Source of the DNA: a virus | Taxonomy: Duplodnaviria > Caudoviricetes | Length of the DNA: 64,000 nt | Strand: one strand, 5' to 3' | Virus record (IMG/VR): IMGVR_UViG_3300027756_000009 | Span: 47-64,046 of that record | Shown here: one piece after another, positions 49,515 to 58,155 of the stretch | Position numbering within the stretch: position 1 is the first letter of the stretch | Layout: every line of letters begins with the position of its first letter | Translations under genes and position numbers: made by a program | Notes under the pieces: generated by a model | The model's input: only the letters and a program-made list of their open reading frames with translations | The model's database searches: none | Told to the model about the DNA's origin: nothing

Positions 49515-52500
49515 GTTTGACGTATTTTATTCAGGAACAAAACCAGGAGTGGTTGCACACGAGCGAGCAGCTGACAGCATCGAACATGCACAGAAGTTGA
49601 GTCGCACAAGGTATTTCTGGTGGATACACTACTTAGCGGACTATAGTGACTTTGATTTTCTTTGGGAGCCTGTGCCGTGGCAGGCTGATCAACGTCATGC
49701 CTGGTTGGATCAATATCAACTGGATGCTGGAGTTTATCTTATACCCAAGGATGGATATACAGAAACAAATTACCACACAGATGATCAAGTTCACAGACTG
49801 CCCAATGTTGATTTTTGGCATATTCCCGAATGGATTGATCCTGCCAGTATAAATCTCAGATGGGCACCTAACCCCACTGATCCTGCTTACATATATGAAT
49901 TCCCGGTAGAGTGGGATTGGGACCGTGTGGGCGGTCCGGAGTATAGAATTCCTGGCGCAACTGAACGCAAGTACATGGACGCATTTGTTGTCCGCACACA
50001 GTCCAATCGGCAGGACTGGAAAGTGTATGATACAGTAGACCCTGCGGATCCTGTGTTCCGCTGGCACCCAAATCCGTTTGATCCGCCAATGATCTATGTG
50101 TTTGGCAATCAGCATTGGCCTGCTGAAATTCGTGCCAGTGTGGAATATCATGTGCCTGGTGCTGTTGTAAAAAAATATATGGACACCATTCGCACTGTGC
50201 GATTGCCCGATTCAAGCCGATTCACTTGTTTGTATCCTTGTGAGTTTGATTGGAGTTGGGAACCCGATCCGGGCGATCCTCCTTATATCTATGTGTGGGG
50301 TAACCAGTGGTGGAGTGCAGAAAAGATGCCCACAGTGGAGTATCATGTACCGGGCGCAACAGAACGCAAGTACATGGATCAACCAGCACGTATCAAACCA
50401 GCTTACGAAAACTGGGTTGTTCCTGATACTGTGGATCGAAACAGTATAGATTTTAGTTGGCACCCAGATCCCCACGATGCTCCGTATATCTACGAGTTCG
50501 CCACACAATGGCAGCCCAATGGTGGCGCATTATACACTGTGCCCGGCGCAACCGAACGCAAGTATGTAGAAATACAACATCGCAGACTACCCAACAAACA
50601 GTCATTTAAAAAACTACAAGCACTACAGGGCTTTGACTATTCATGGCATCCAGATTCTACAGAACCACCTTATAACTATGTGTTTGGCAATCAGCATTGG
50701 CCCGGCACAGAAATGGCCACTGTTGTTTACCAAATGTCAGATGCCACACAAGACAAGTTTGTTGACTCGCACGTTGCTACGCTAGAAAATTGTTTAGACA
50801 ATTGGACAGTCGAAGAGGAAATTGATCGAGCTGCCTGGGACTGGTCCTGGGTGCCTAATCCTAAAGATCCGCCTTATATCTATGTGTGGGGCAATCAGTG
50901 GAATCCGCCTGAGTTCAAAGCCAGTGTCAAATACGTTGTTCCAGGCGCAACAGAAGTCAAGTACATGGATCGTCGCACAACAAGGCTTCCGCAACCCCAA
51001 CTGTTTGGTCATAATTTAGCAGTGAGCAAATTTGATTACTCGTGGGAACCAAATCCATTTGATCCACCGATGATGTACGTGTTTGGTAATCAGTGGAACT
51101 CGGCTGTGTTGGAACCCACTGTGGTATACAATGCCGGCGGCACTGAAATCAAGTATGTTGATGATATTGTTGCTACTCTAGCACAAGATATCACTGCCTG
51201 GGAATTGTTAGACGACATCCGACAGTTTGACTATTCCTGGAGGCCCAACCCTACTGATCCACCTTACATCTACGTGTTCGGCAATCAGTGGCTCACACCG
51301 GAACAGCGTCCAGCACTGAGATACTGTGTGCCAGGTGCCACTGAAATCAAGTACATGGATCATCCACGTGCTTGTCGCAGTGGAGATCCGGCACGTTTTG
51401 TACAGCACTATCCTGCAGACTTTGATTGGTCGTGGGAACCCGATCCTGGGTCACCTCCATACAACTATGTGTTTGGCAATCAGTACTATTCGGCAGAAGT
51501 TATGCCCACAGTAGAATATCACATGCCAGGTGCTACAGAACACAAATACATGGATATTCCTGCACAGTTGTTGCCGCGCCACGACAACCACTGGCACACC
51601 GTCATAGACTCGGAATGGGACTATACCTGGCAACCCGAACCTGGCAGCCCGCCCTACATCTATGTGTTTGGTAACCAATGGTGGCCAGCAGAAAAAATGC
51701 CCACAGTAGAATATCACATGCCCGGTGCAACTGACAGAAAATACATGCCAGGTCCTGTGGCCAAGTTATTGACAGACATGACCAACTGGCATATTCCAAA
51801 ACATATCGATCTAACCGATATGGATTTTTCGTGGGTCCCAGATCCGGGCGAACCAGATTATATCTATCAGTTTGCCACACAACACCAAAAGACCGGTGGT
51901 CCACAGTATCGTATGCCCGGTGCCACTGAGTTCAAGTATGTGGATATGATGCGAGCCGAAGTCAAGCGAGAAGCTGCACCTGTATTTGAAATTGATCACC
52001 TGGATGGCAATGCTGGCTGCATAGAAGGAACGGTTCGAAAGGTGCGTTACTTTGACAACTACAGAGACACCTTGATACGCTTGGCCAAGAGCCTTGTAGG
52101 CGAGTACGAACACGTATGGGTGTGTAGCAGTATCTGTGACTACACTGACTTTGACTTCTCGTGGCACCCGGAAACTTGGCAAAGCACAATGTTGCATGTA
52201 TTTGCATCAGACCGGGAAAAGTTTGGCGATACGTTCTACATGCATGTGCCCACATTTGCTGAACGAGCAGAGAAGAAACAGTTATTGGAATGGTACAGTG
52301 TGAACTATGTGACTCGACGGTCGGTACCACGACGTCCCATGCCTGTGATTCAACATGATGATGACGACCAAATAAATGCAGTAAAAACAACACAGTGGGC
52401 AGGCCCACTTGCTACATTTACCAACCATGACTACATACCTGGAGATCTAGTCACTGTGCCATTATGGCGTGAACAGACCAAAACCATTGTGCCTGTCAGC

Positions 52501-53301
52501 AGCGGTGCAGGCACAGTTGTGGTGCCACGTGTGGCTGTGCCTTACATAAAGACACAGTTGTATGACTATTCCTACATTGACCGTTCACAACGAATTTTAA
52601 AAGACGCTCCGCTGGACATTGTGTTTGTTTCAAACGGGGAGCCAATGGCCGATCGGCATTATGATCACTTGAGTCACCAGGTTAAAAAATTACCAAATCG
52701 ACTGTATCGTGTGGATCGAATAAATGGTCGAGTACAATCTGAACAAGCAGGTGCTGCTGCCTCAAACACAGCCTGGTATTTTCGTGTGCCGGCAAAATTA
52801 TCAGTTGATGAACGGTTTGATTGGAGTTGGCAGCCAGATCGCATGCAACAGGCCAAACATTATATTTTCCATGCACACAATCCTATCAATGGTTTACAAT
52901 ACGGGCACATGGCCATGATTGCCTACAATCGCAACTTGGTGTTGCAAACAGCTGGTCAAACTTTGGATTTTGCCACCGAGCAGTTGCACCAGGTGATTCC
53001 TGTACTTTCTGGTACCGCAGAATATACCCAATCGCCTTGGACAGCCTGGCGTACTGCATTTCGTGAAGTGATCAAGTTAAGAGCCAGTCTACCCGATGTA
53101 GAAAGCGAACATCGTATGCATCAGTGGTTGATACAAAATCACGATAACGATCAAGTGAAGTGGAGTCATATAGGTGCAGAAGATGCGGTGGAATACTATG
53201 ACTCAGTAGCAGGAGATTTTGCGGAACTTAAAAAGAGTTACGAGTGGTCGTGGCTGGCCGCTTATGCGTTTATGAAACGCAATCTAGTAGCCAGTGATTA
53301 A
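49513..53301 (+). CDS. 1262-aa protein: 11 Trp/Pro-rich repeats plus C-terminal degenerate GT-A-like domain
   Basis: C-terminal DIVFVSNGEP, RV..INGR, N..NGL.YG, AWRTAFRE..KL parallels 32133-33059 but the DxD is replaced (RVPAKL). Confidence 0.75.
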   Translation: MFDVFYSGTKPGVVAHERAADSIEHAQKLSRTRYFWWIHYLADYSDFDFLWEPVPWQADQRHAWLDQYQLDAGVYLIPKDGYTETNYHTDDQVHRLPNVDFWHIPEWIDPASINLRWAPNPTDPAYIYEFPVEWDWDRVGGPEYRIPGATERKYMDAFVVRTQSNRQDWKVYDTVDPADPVFRWHPNPFDPPMIYVFGNQHWPAEIRASVEYHVPGAVVKKYMDTIRTVRLPDSSRFTCLYPCEFDWSWEPDPGDPPYIYVWGNQWWSAEKMPTVEYHVPGATERKYMDQPARIKPAYENWVVPDTVDRNSIDFSWHPDPHDAPYIYEFATQWQPNGGALYTVPGATERKYVEIQHRRLPNKQSFKKLQALQGFDYSWHPDSTEPPYNYVFGNQHWPGTEMATVVYQMSDATQDKFVDSHVATLENCLDNWTVEEEIDRAAWDWSWVPNPKDPPYIYVWGNQWNPPEFKASVKYVVPGATEVKYMDRRTTRLPQPQLFGHNLAVSKFDYSWEPNPFDPPMMYVFGNQWNSAVLEPTVVYNAGGTEIKYVDDIVATLAQDITAWELLDDIRQFDYSWRPNPTDPPYIYVFGNQWLTPEQRPALRYCVPGATEIKYMDHPRACRSGDPARFVQHYPADFDWSWEPDPGSPPYNYVFGNQYYSAEVMPTVEYHMPGATEHKYMDIPAQLLPRHDNHWHTVIDSEWDYTWQPEPGSPPYIYVFGNQWWPAEKMPTVEYHMPGATDRKYMPGPVAKLLTDMTNWHIPKHIDLTDMDFSWVPDPGEPDYIYQFATQHQKTGGPQYRMPGATEFKYVDMMRAEVKREAAPVFEIDHLDGNAGCIEGTVRKVRYFDNYRDTLIRLAKSLVGEYEHVWVCSSICDYTDFDFSWHPETWQSTMLHVFASDREKFGDTFYMHVPTFAERAEKKQLLEWYSVNYVTRRSVPRRPMPVIQHDDDDQINAVKTTQWAGPLATFTNHDYIPGDLVTVPLWREQTKTIVPVSSGAGTVVVPRVAVPYIKTQLYDYSYIDRSQRILKDAPLDIVFVSNGEPMADRHYDHLSHQVKKLPNRLYRVDRINGRVQSEQAGAAASNTAWYFRVPAKLSVDERFDWSWQPDRMQQAKHYIFHAHNPINGLQYGHMAMIAYNRNLVLQTAGQTLDFATEQLHQVIPVLSGTAEYTQSPWTAWRTAFREVIKLRASLPDVESEHRMHQWLIQNHDNDQVKWSHIGAEDAVEYYDSVAGDFAELKKSYEWSWLAAYAFMKRNLVASD
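49800..51945 (+). repeat. 11 tandem ~65-aa protein repeats (FDWSW.PDP.DPPYIYVFGNQWW...PTVEY.VPGATE.KYMD)
   Basis: Counted from the translation; a 26-bp identical stretch is shared at 51502-51527 and 51697-51722. Confidence 0.9.
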
Positions 53302-54269
53302 ATTTTATTGTTCCAATAATCTGACTGGCTCAGCCACTCATAATACTTTTGGAATCCTTCTTCTACGTCTACTTTGGGATCAAAACTCAAGATGGTTCGA
53401 GCACGATCAATGTTTAGCGCACCTCGACTTGGAAAGTCTTCATCCCGGTCCTGCACTTCAATGGTGCCTCGACCCACAATTTTAACAATCATTTCAGCAG
53501 CTTCTAGTAAACTTACACTATGCGACTTGGTGAGGTTGAATGTCATATTACGACACATGATGCGTGTGGCTGCGGCAACGATACCATCAGCAGCATCATC
53601 CACATAGGTAAAGTCTAGTGTCTCCCCTGCCCCATTAACACAAAGAGTGCTGCCTCGCATGGCGGCAAGCATAAATTTTGCAATGACTCGATCCGCCACG
53701 TCAAGAGGTCCGTATACAGCACTAGGGCGAATAATAACATACTCAAAGCCACAGCGGCGAGCATAATCTTTAACAAGTTCTTCTCCACATAATTTTAAAA
53801 TACCATACTGTCCTTGCGGATGGCATGGATCATCCTCTAGCACATCATCTTCAAAGTTGCCGTACACCATGCTTGAACTGATGTACACAAATCGTTCAAT
53901 GCCGTGTTTTTTGGCACTCTCAAGCATGTTGACCAGACCCCTCATCATAACATCAGCAGCCTCAGTTGGCTTGTGATTCACGGCCTTTTGTCTAGGGTAG
54001 CTGGCGCAGTGAATAATGACCCGGGGCTTGTGGTTTTGTACTGCCAAATCGCAGGTCCAAAAATTTGAAATATCATAGCACTCGATCTTGGTGTCTGGCG
54101 CAATTTTTTTTTGTCGCTCGGCCATCAAGTAGTCAAGTTCCTCTTGAGGAATAAAATCAAAGTAAGTGGTTTTGGTATCTAATACAACCACCTGTTCATC
54201 ACGTGCTTGCAGTCGTTGTACTACATTATGCCCAATAAGGCCTAAGCCGCCTGTTACTAAAAATGTCAT
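53298..54269 (-). CDS. NAD-dependent (NDP-sugar) epimerase/dehydratase
   Basis: TGGLGLIG, SSSMVYG, YGILK (YxxxK), R...VYGP, DFTYVDD. Confidence 0.9.
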   Translation of the reverse strand: MTFLVTGGLGLIGHNVVQRLQARDEQVVVLDTKTTYFDFIPQEELDYLMAERQKKIAPDTKIECYDISNFWTCDLAVQNHKPRVIIHCASYPRQKAVNHKPTEAADVMMRGLVNMLESAKKHGIERFVYISSSMVYGNFEDDVLEDDPCHPQGQYGILKLCGEELVKDYARRCGFEYVIIRPSAVYGPLDVADRVIAKFMLAAMRGSTLCVNGAGETLDFTYVDDAADGIVAAATRIMCRNMTFNLTKSHSVSLLEAAEMIVKIVGRGTIEVQDRDEDFPSRGALNIDRARTILSFDPKVDVEEGFQKYYEWLSQSDYWNNKI

Positions 54270-54565
54270 TTGAATTTCAACCTAAAAAATGTTTGATCTG
54301 GCTCACGCATTCTGGCCACTATGGCATACTGATATCCATAACTGTACTGATCGACCCGGCGTGTCCAATAAGGTTTCTCCACAGCATGAGTCATTACAAA
54401 CTGACCGGCAGCACTGTCTTGCCATTCACTTATTGGCTGCGCCGCATACAGGTCTGGATCATCTACATCTCCCATGCTAAATTCGTGTACCACAATGTTT
54501 GAAATGCGTTCAACTCGATCGTTGATCACTTGGTATTCTGGTGATTGAATGGTGTTGTGAGACAT
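54266..54565 (-). CDS. hypothetical phage protein
   Basis: ATGA overlap with epimerase; TAAAATA just upstream. Confidence 0.6.
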   Translation of the reverse strand: MSHNTIQSPEYQVINDRVERISNIVVHEFSMGDVDDPDLYAAQPISEWQDSAAGQFVMTHAVEKPYWTRRVDQYSYGYQYAIVARMREPDQTFFRLKFK

Positions 54566-54589
54566 GTGTGTATTTTAGCACACCAGTGG

Positions 54590-55273
54590 CTATTTTGCAA
54601 CTAAATCTGATGCCATTGGGAATATTGCCGCAATGGCTTCGGCACAGGCCTGAGCCACCGCCTGGTGCTCTTTTTGTGTGCCGTTGGCTGATCGCAATTC
54701 AATAAAATGAATCCATGATCTTAGTGTGCCGTTCATGTACAGTCGGCTTGACATCATGCCTTCGGGTAACACCGCACGAGCCTGTTCCTTGGCAATGCCA
54801 TTTTCAATGGCCCAGCGGTAGGCTTCAATGGCGGCCAGTTTCACACGTTGTTGAGCATGCTGCCATCCAATGGCCAAGACACGTGCTTCGGGTGTGTCTT
54901 GCACAAGCTCTATGCTGTTTTGTCTATTTGTGGTGTCTTGCAGTCGGGCTTCGCGTAGTACGAATTCAAGATCCTTTGTTGGGTCAGCATAGCGTTGCGA
55001 AAACTCCTGGAAGCTGAAACTTCTGTGTCGGAGCATTTGCCGCGCAATATCTCTTGTTGTCGTAATTTCCATGCAAGCTGAAACCATTTCGAGGGGACTC
55101 CAGTGCTGGTGTCTGACCAGGTACCGGATGAGTTTCTCGCTAGTGTCTGTGTTGAATTGGTTGGAGGGATTGCTGACACGGGCGCAGTACGCAATGAGTT
55201 CCTGCGCATCGCCAATGCCTTGAGTTGCAAATTCCTGGGTAGGTTGACTATAGCTGAGTAAGCGAACATTCAT
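54590..55273 (-). CDS. thyX: FAD-dependent thymidylate synthase
   Basis: AYCARVS, H.SP.EM, RQMLRHRSFSFQEFSQRY (ThyX signature), E.AR.VLP, W.HF..LR, Q.EH. Confidence 0.95.
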   Translation of the reverse strand: MNVRLLSYSQPTQEFATQGIGDAQELIAYCARVSNPSNQFNTDTSEKLIRYLVRHQHWSPLEMVSACMEITTTRDIARQMLRHRSFSFQEFSQRYADPTKDLEFVLREARLQDTTNRQNSIELVQDTPEARVLAIGWQHAQQRVKLAAIEAYRWAIENGIAKEQARAVLPEGMMSSRLYMNGTLRSWIHFIELRSANGTQKEHQAVAQACAEAIAAIFPMASDLVAK

Positions 55274-55572
55274 AAGTCTTTGAGTAGTTTGTCTGTCTCG
55301 GGTTGTACAATGGTGGCAATAGCACCAACGTCTAGTATAAAATCAACGTCACGCACAGCATCACCTAGTTCGGTCAAGGTTCTTGTCATGATGGTTTCAA
55401 TTTCCTCAAAGTCAAGCCCTTGACGTCGTAGCATGCTCAAGTTAATGGTGCGTTGTCGCTTGCCATGTAACTTGATCACAACTTTTTTAATACATTCCAG
55501 TGGCACATCAGTAATGTCTACATCGTCAATGATGTGTTCCCACCGTTCCAGGAACTCATCACTGAACTGCAT
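55270..55572 (-). CDS. hypothetical protein
   Basis: Probable start MQFSDEFLERW at 55572, overlapping upstream stop; ATGA-coupled to thyX. Confidence 0.55.
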   Translation of the reverse strand: MQFSDEFLERWEHIIDDVDITDVPLECIKKVVIKLHGKRQRTINLSMLRRQGLDFEEIETIMTRTLTELGDAVRDVDFILDVGAIATIVQPETDKLLKDL

Positions 55573-56281
55573 CAGCCACTGCCTTCTTACGACCGCGTGT
55601 TTTAGGCGCAGGTTGTTCAACGGCAGGAGCCACGGGTGCAGTTTTAGCAGCTTTCATGTTCACAGCAGGGAACATCTTTTGTGCTTCCTTTTTCATTCTG
55701 GCAGCTTCGGCAACTAGACCTTTGGCATCCGCTTCCATGCGTTTGGCCTGTGCCAGCATGTTGGCCGCCAGTGATTGATCATCCAGTGCGCCTGTGGCAG
55801 GAGCAACCAAGGCTTCGGCTTCGGACAGACGTCCTTCTTTGAATGCTTTTTCAGCCTTGCGTTTCACAACAGGATCCACAAAGCCAGCGTTGGCATCCAG
55901 TTCCTGCATGCGTTTGAGAGCTGCATCACCTGATTCCATTTCCTTCACAATCTTGTTCAGCTCATCCAGCTTGACGTTGCTTTGTGCTGTGGGAGTAACA
56001 ATCACCTGATTGGTTTGAATCTTCTTTAACATGCCTTCGTTGTGCAAGGCTTGTAAAATAACTCTACCATCCGGCAACAGGTTACGATGCAACACATCTG
56101 CCAAGTTAGGACTCTGTTGTCCAGGAGCTGATTCCAAAATACTCATAATGGTGTTATGAATGTGAGTGGGCAATGTGTCAGGGTAGATCACCAGGCACAT
56201 GTGGTCCTCGCCGGGCAGTTCTCTAAATATGATTGCAACCTTGCGGTCACCGTGTCGTCCTATGTGTTTTAACATTGTCAT
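55559..56281 (-). CDS. hypothetical protein with helical, basic C-terminal tail
   Basis: 240-aa ORF, AGGA SD, ATGA overlap with upstream gene. Confidence 0.65.
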   Translation of the reverse strand: MTMLKHIGRHGDRKVAIIFRELPGEDHMCLVIYPDTLPTHIHNTIMSILESAPGQQSPNLADVLHRNLLPDGRVILQALHNEGMLKKIQTNQVIVTPTAQSNVKLDELNKIVKEMESGDAALKRMQELDANAGFVDPVVKRKAEKAFKEGRLSEAEALVAPATGALDDQSLAANMLAQAKRMEADAKGLVAEAARMKKEAQKMFPAVNMKAAKTAPVAPAVEQPAPKTRGRKKAVADAVQ

Positions 56282-56469
56282 GCTCCTTGTGTGGGTTCGG
56301 CTTGTGCAGCCAATTGTGCTTGTGATGCAGCTAAGAAAGCAGTCAGCTTGTCATAGATGCCACCTACAACACTTAATTCAGCAGCCTTGTAAGCACCACG
56401 TTCGGTAGCAGCTTCGATTAAGTTTTTGATTGATGCCAAATCGGCTAGTGTGAGTTGAATATTTTCCAT
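56278..56469 (-). CDS. small helical hypothetical protein (63 aa)
   Basis: True start likely ATG at 56469, 5 nt after TAAATA; the longer track ORF runs through another gene. Confidence 0.6.
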   Translation of the reverse strand: MENIQLTLADLASIKNLIEAATERGAYKAAELSVVGGIYDKLTAFLAASQAQLAAQAEPTQGA

Positions 56470-56506
56470 ACAAATATTTAAGACAAGAAAACACCAACGA
56501 AATATT

Positions 56507-56713
56507 TTATGGTGTATTTTGGAAGAACTCTTCGGCTCTGCGCACAGCTTCTGCTTCGCTTGCGGCCCACACAGTGACCATGGCAGTTGATCCCACAATT
56601 TCCATGTCAAACGGCACTGCACCCGAAAATGCAAAACCTTCAGGAACAGATACTTTGACCACAAATGGTTCTAGACGCTTGATCCTGTTGATGATTTGAT
56701 CAATGGTGTTCAT
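56507..56713 (-). CDS. hypothetical protein
   Basis: 68-aa ORF in the minus-strand gene chain. Confidence 0.5.
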   Translation of the reverse strand: MNTIDQIINRIKRLEPFVVKVSVPEGFAFSGAVPFDMEIVGSTAMVTVWAASEAEAVRRAEEFFQNTP

Positions 56714-56837
56714 TGCTCTTGGGCCAGTCTCTTCGTGCTATACGTGCTTCTTCAATGCAACGGCTGATCAAAGGCCAGACGTAAGGCGCCACAAATCCAA
56801 ACATGGCACCGTATACAAACCATTCAAATTGAATCAT
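56700..56837 (-). CDS. 45-aa single-TM peptide
   Basis: MIQFEWFVYGAMFGFVAPYVWPLISRCIEEARIARRDWPKSNEHH*; AGGA SD. Confidence 0.5.
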   Translation of the reverse strand: MIQFEWFVYGAMFGFVAPYVWPLISRCIEEARIARRDWPKSNEHH

Positions 56838-56862
56838 GCTATTTGTCCTAGTAGATTGCCCA

Positions 56863-56934
56863 TCAGCGACGAATCAAAAAGTAAATTATTATGCCTAACA
56901 AAATGCCCACTATCATGCCTAATGCAAATATCAT
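56863..56934 (-). CDS. 23-aa hydrophobic peptide
   Basis: MIFALGMIVGILLGIIIYFLIRR*; GGAG SD and ATGA coupling. Confidence 0.45.
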   Translation of the reverse strand: MIFALGMIVGILLGIIIYFLIRR

Positions 56935-57098
56935 TGTCTCTCCACGCAGAATAAGAATACACCATCAGTAAGTCCATGGGCTTTTAATATCTTAGACAAA
57001 TCTCTACACTCTTGGTATGTTTTTGTCTCGGCCAACTGAATGTATTTGGATTCAGGTGGCGCAATGTCAACTACAAATGCAATTATCAATGCCCACAT
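56931..57098 (-). CDS. 55-aa peptide with N-terminal hydrophobic segment and two Cys
   Basis: MWALIIAFVVDIAPP...QECRD...LFCVERQ*; AAGG SD. Confidence 0.5.
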   Translation of the reverse strand: MWALIIAFVVDIAPPESKYIQLAETKTYQECRDLSKILKAHGLTDGVFLFCVERQ

Positions 57099-57100
57099 GA

Positions 57101-57160
57101 TTACACCTTGGTTCCAAATTCAATCAACAAAATAATTGCTACAGAAATAATACTAGCCAT
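57101..57160 (-). CDS. 19-aa hydrophobic peptide
   Basis: MASIISVAIILLIEFGTKV*; GGAG SD. Confidence 0.35.
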   Translation of the reverse strand: MASIISVAIILLIEFGTKV

Positions 57161-57163
57161 TAT

Positions 57164-57385
57164 TCAACTCCCTGTATAATATTTCACACATCCAACCAAC
57201 CATACTGTGGCCAACATGGCAAAGTTGGCAGCACTGGGCCAATCTCTATGATATACCGCAGTGCCCAACCAAGCGGCATTGCCCGCAAACAACAATATAA
57301 TACCTGCGATGGGATCCAGATTGAAACTGACTACCACAGCACCTGCGAACATGATGGCAAAACATATCCATTTGACTAAATTCAT
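57164..57385 (-). CDS. small multi-TM membrane protein
   Basis: ATGA-coupled start MNLVKW at 57385; three hydrophobic segments. Confidence 0.55.
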   Translation of the reverse strand: MNLVKWICFAIMFAGAVVVSFNLDPIAGIILLFAGNAAWLGTAVYHRDWPSAANFAMLATVWLVGCVKYYTGS

Positions 57386-57837
57386 TTCTTGTTCACTGCC
57401 ACAGCCCAGTTGCCCCGTAGAGCGAAATACAAGCCACCTGCCCAAAGACTGAAGTGCAAGTAATCAGACACAATAAAAACCAGCAGGCTTTCGGGTTTAA
57501 TCACAGTCCAAATAACACCAGTGGCAATACAGCACATCACAATACCACTGAAGCGAGTCAGCATGTCACCTATCACTGCCACTGCCGGCATGTCTCTGAT
57601 TCGAGGTAGTGTGGCCAATCCGCCTGCCAACAAGCCCACGCCTGCGGCAAATTCACCATACACCACAAACCACCATACCAATGCGGGCACTCCAAAGGCT
57701 GCTCCACCTGCGGCATCAAATGGCATTTTACTTAGGGCCTGTGTGATAAACACCAGTGCCAAGGGAATCCTCAGCAGGATATGGCTCCAATCTAAATCTG
57801 GTAATCGTTGCCAATAGTTTTTAAAGATTGTGTTCAT
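57382..57837 (-). CDS. DoxX family membrane protein
   Basis: LLRIPLA.VF..Q...K, V..GE..AG.GL..GG, TRF.G; four TM segments. Confidence 0.7.
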   Translation of the reverse strand: MNTIFKNYWQRLPDLDWSHILLRIPLALVFITQALSKMPFDAAGGAAFGVPALVWWFVVYGEFAAGVGLLAGGLATLPRIRDMPAVAVIGDMLTRFSGIVMCCIATGVIWTVIKPESLLVFIVSDYLHFSLWAGGLYFALRGNWAVAVNKK

Positions 57838-57838
57838 A

Positions 57839-58135
57839 TCACTTCAATGTGGATGTGTATGCGGCAATATTGGCCATGTCAGCAGGCGACAATCCTGCGG
57901 CGATACCCCACATGAGTTGGCTTTGAGGTCCAACTTGTTGTTTGTTCTTGTAGGCTGTGAGTTTTTTAACAATCACTTCGGCCTTCTGACCTTGAAGTTT
58001 TGGACCTACTCCGCCTTGCCCCTGTGCGCCGTGGCAAGCACCGCAACTGGCATATTTAATTTTTCCTGACACAGCATCCTGTGCCTGTGCCGGCACTGCA
58101 AAAAACACCACTGCGGCCAATACAAATGATTTCAT
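57839..58135 (-). CDS. class I c-type cytochrome (c553/c554-like) with signal peptide
   Basis: Signal peptide ending AQA; CGACH heme motif; GPKL.GQ; distal Met in QLMWG..A.LS..D...IAAY. Confidence 0.9.
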   Translation of the reverse strand: MKSFVLAAVVFFAVPAQAQDAVSGKIKYASCGACHGAQGQGGVGPKLQGQKAEVIVKKLTAYKNKQQVGPQSQLMWGIAAGLSPADMANIAAYTSTLK

Positions 58136-58155
58136 TTTGATTCCTTTATAAAAAC

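Noticed and set aside
49633-52408. Minus-strand ORFs with recurring HVLAF/HIDIRRI text
   Set aside because: The repetition is just the antisense image of the 11-repeat gene.
56834-56863. 9-codon ORF MGNLLGQIA coupled at both ends
   Set aside because: Too short to support; may only be a spacer carrying the next SD.
56703-56954. Plus-strand 83-aa track ORF
   Set aside because: The region is better explained by coupled minus-strand small ORFs with SD motifs.
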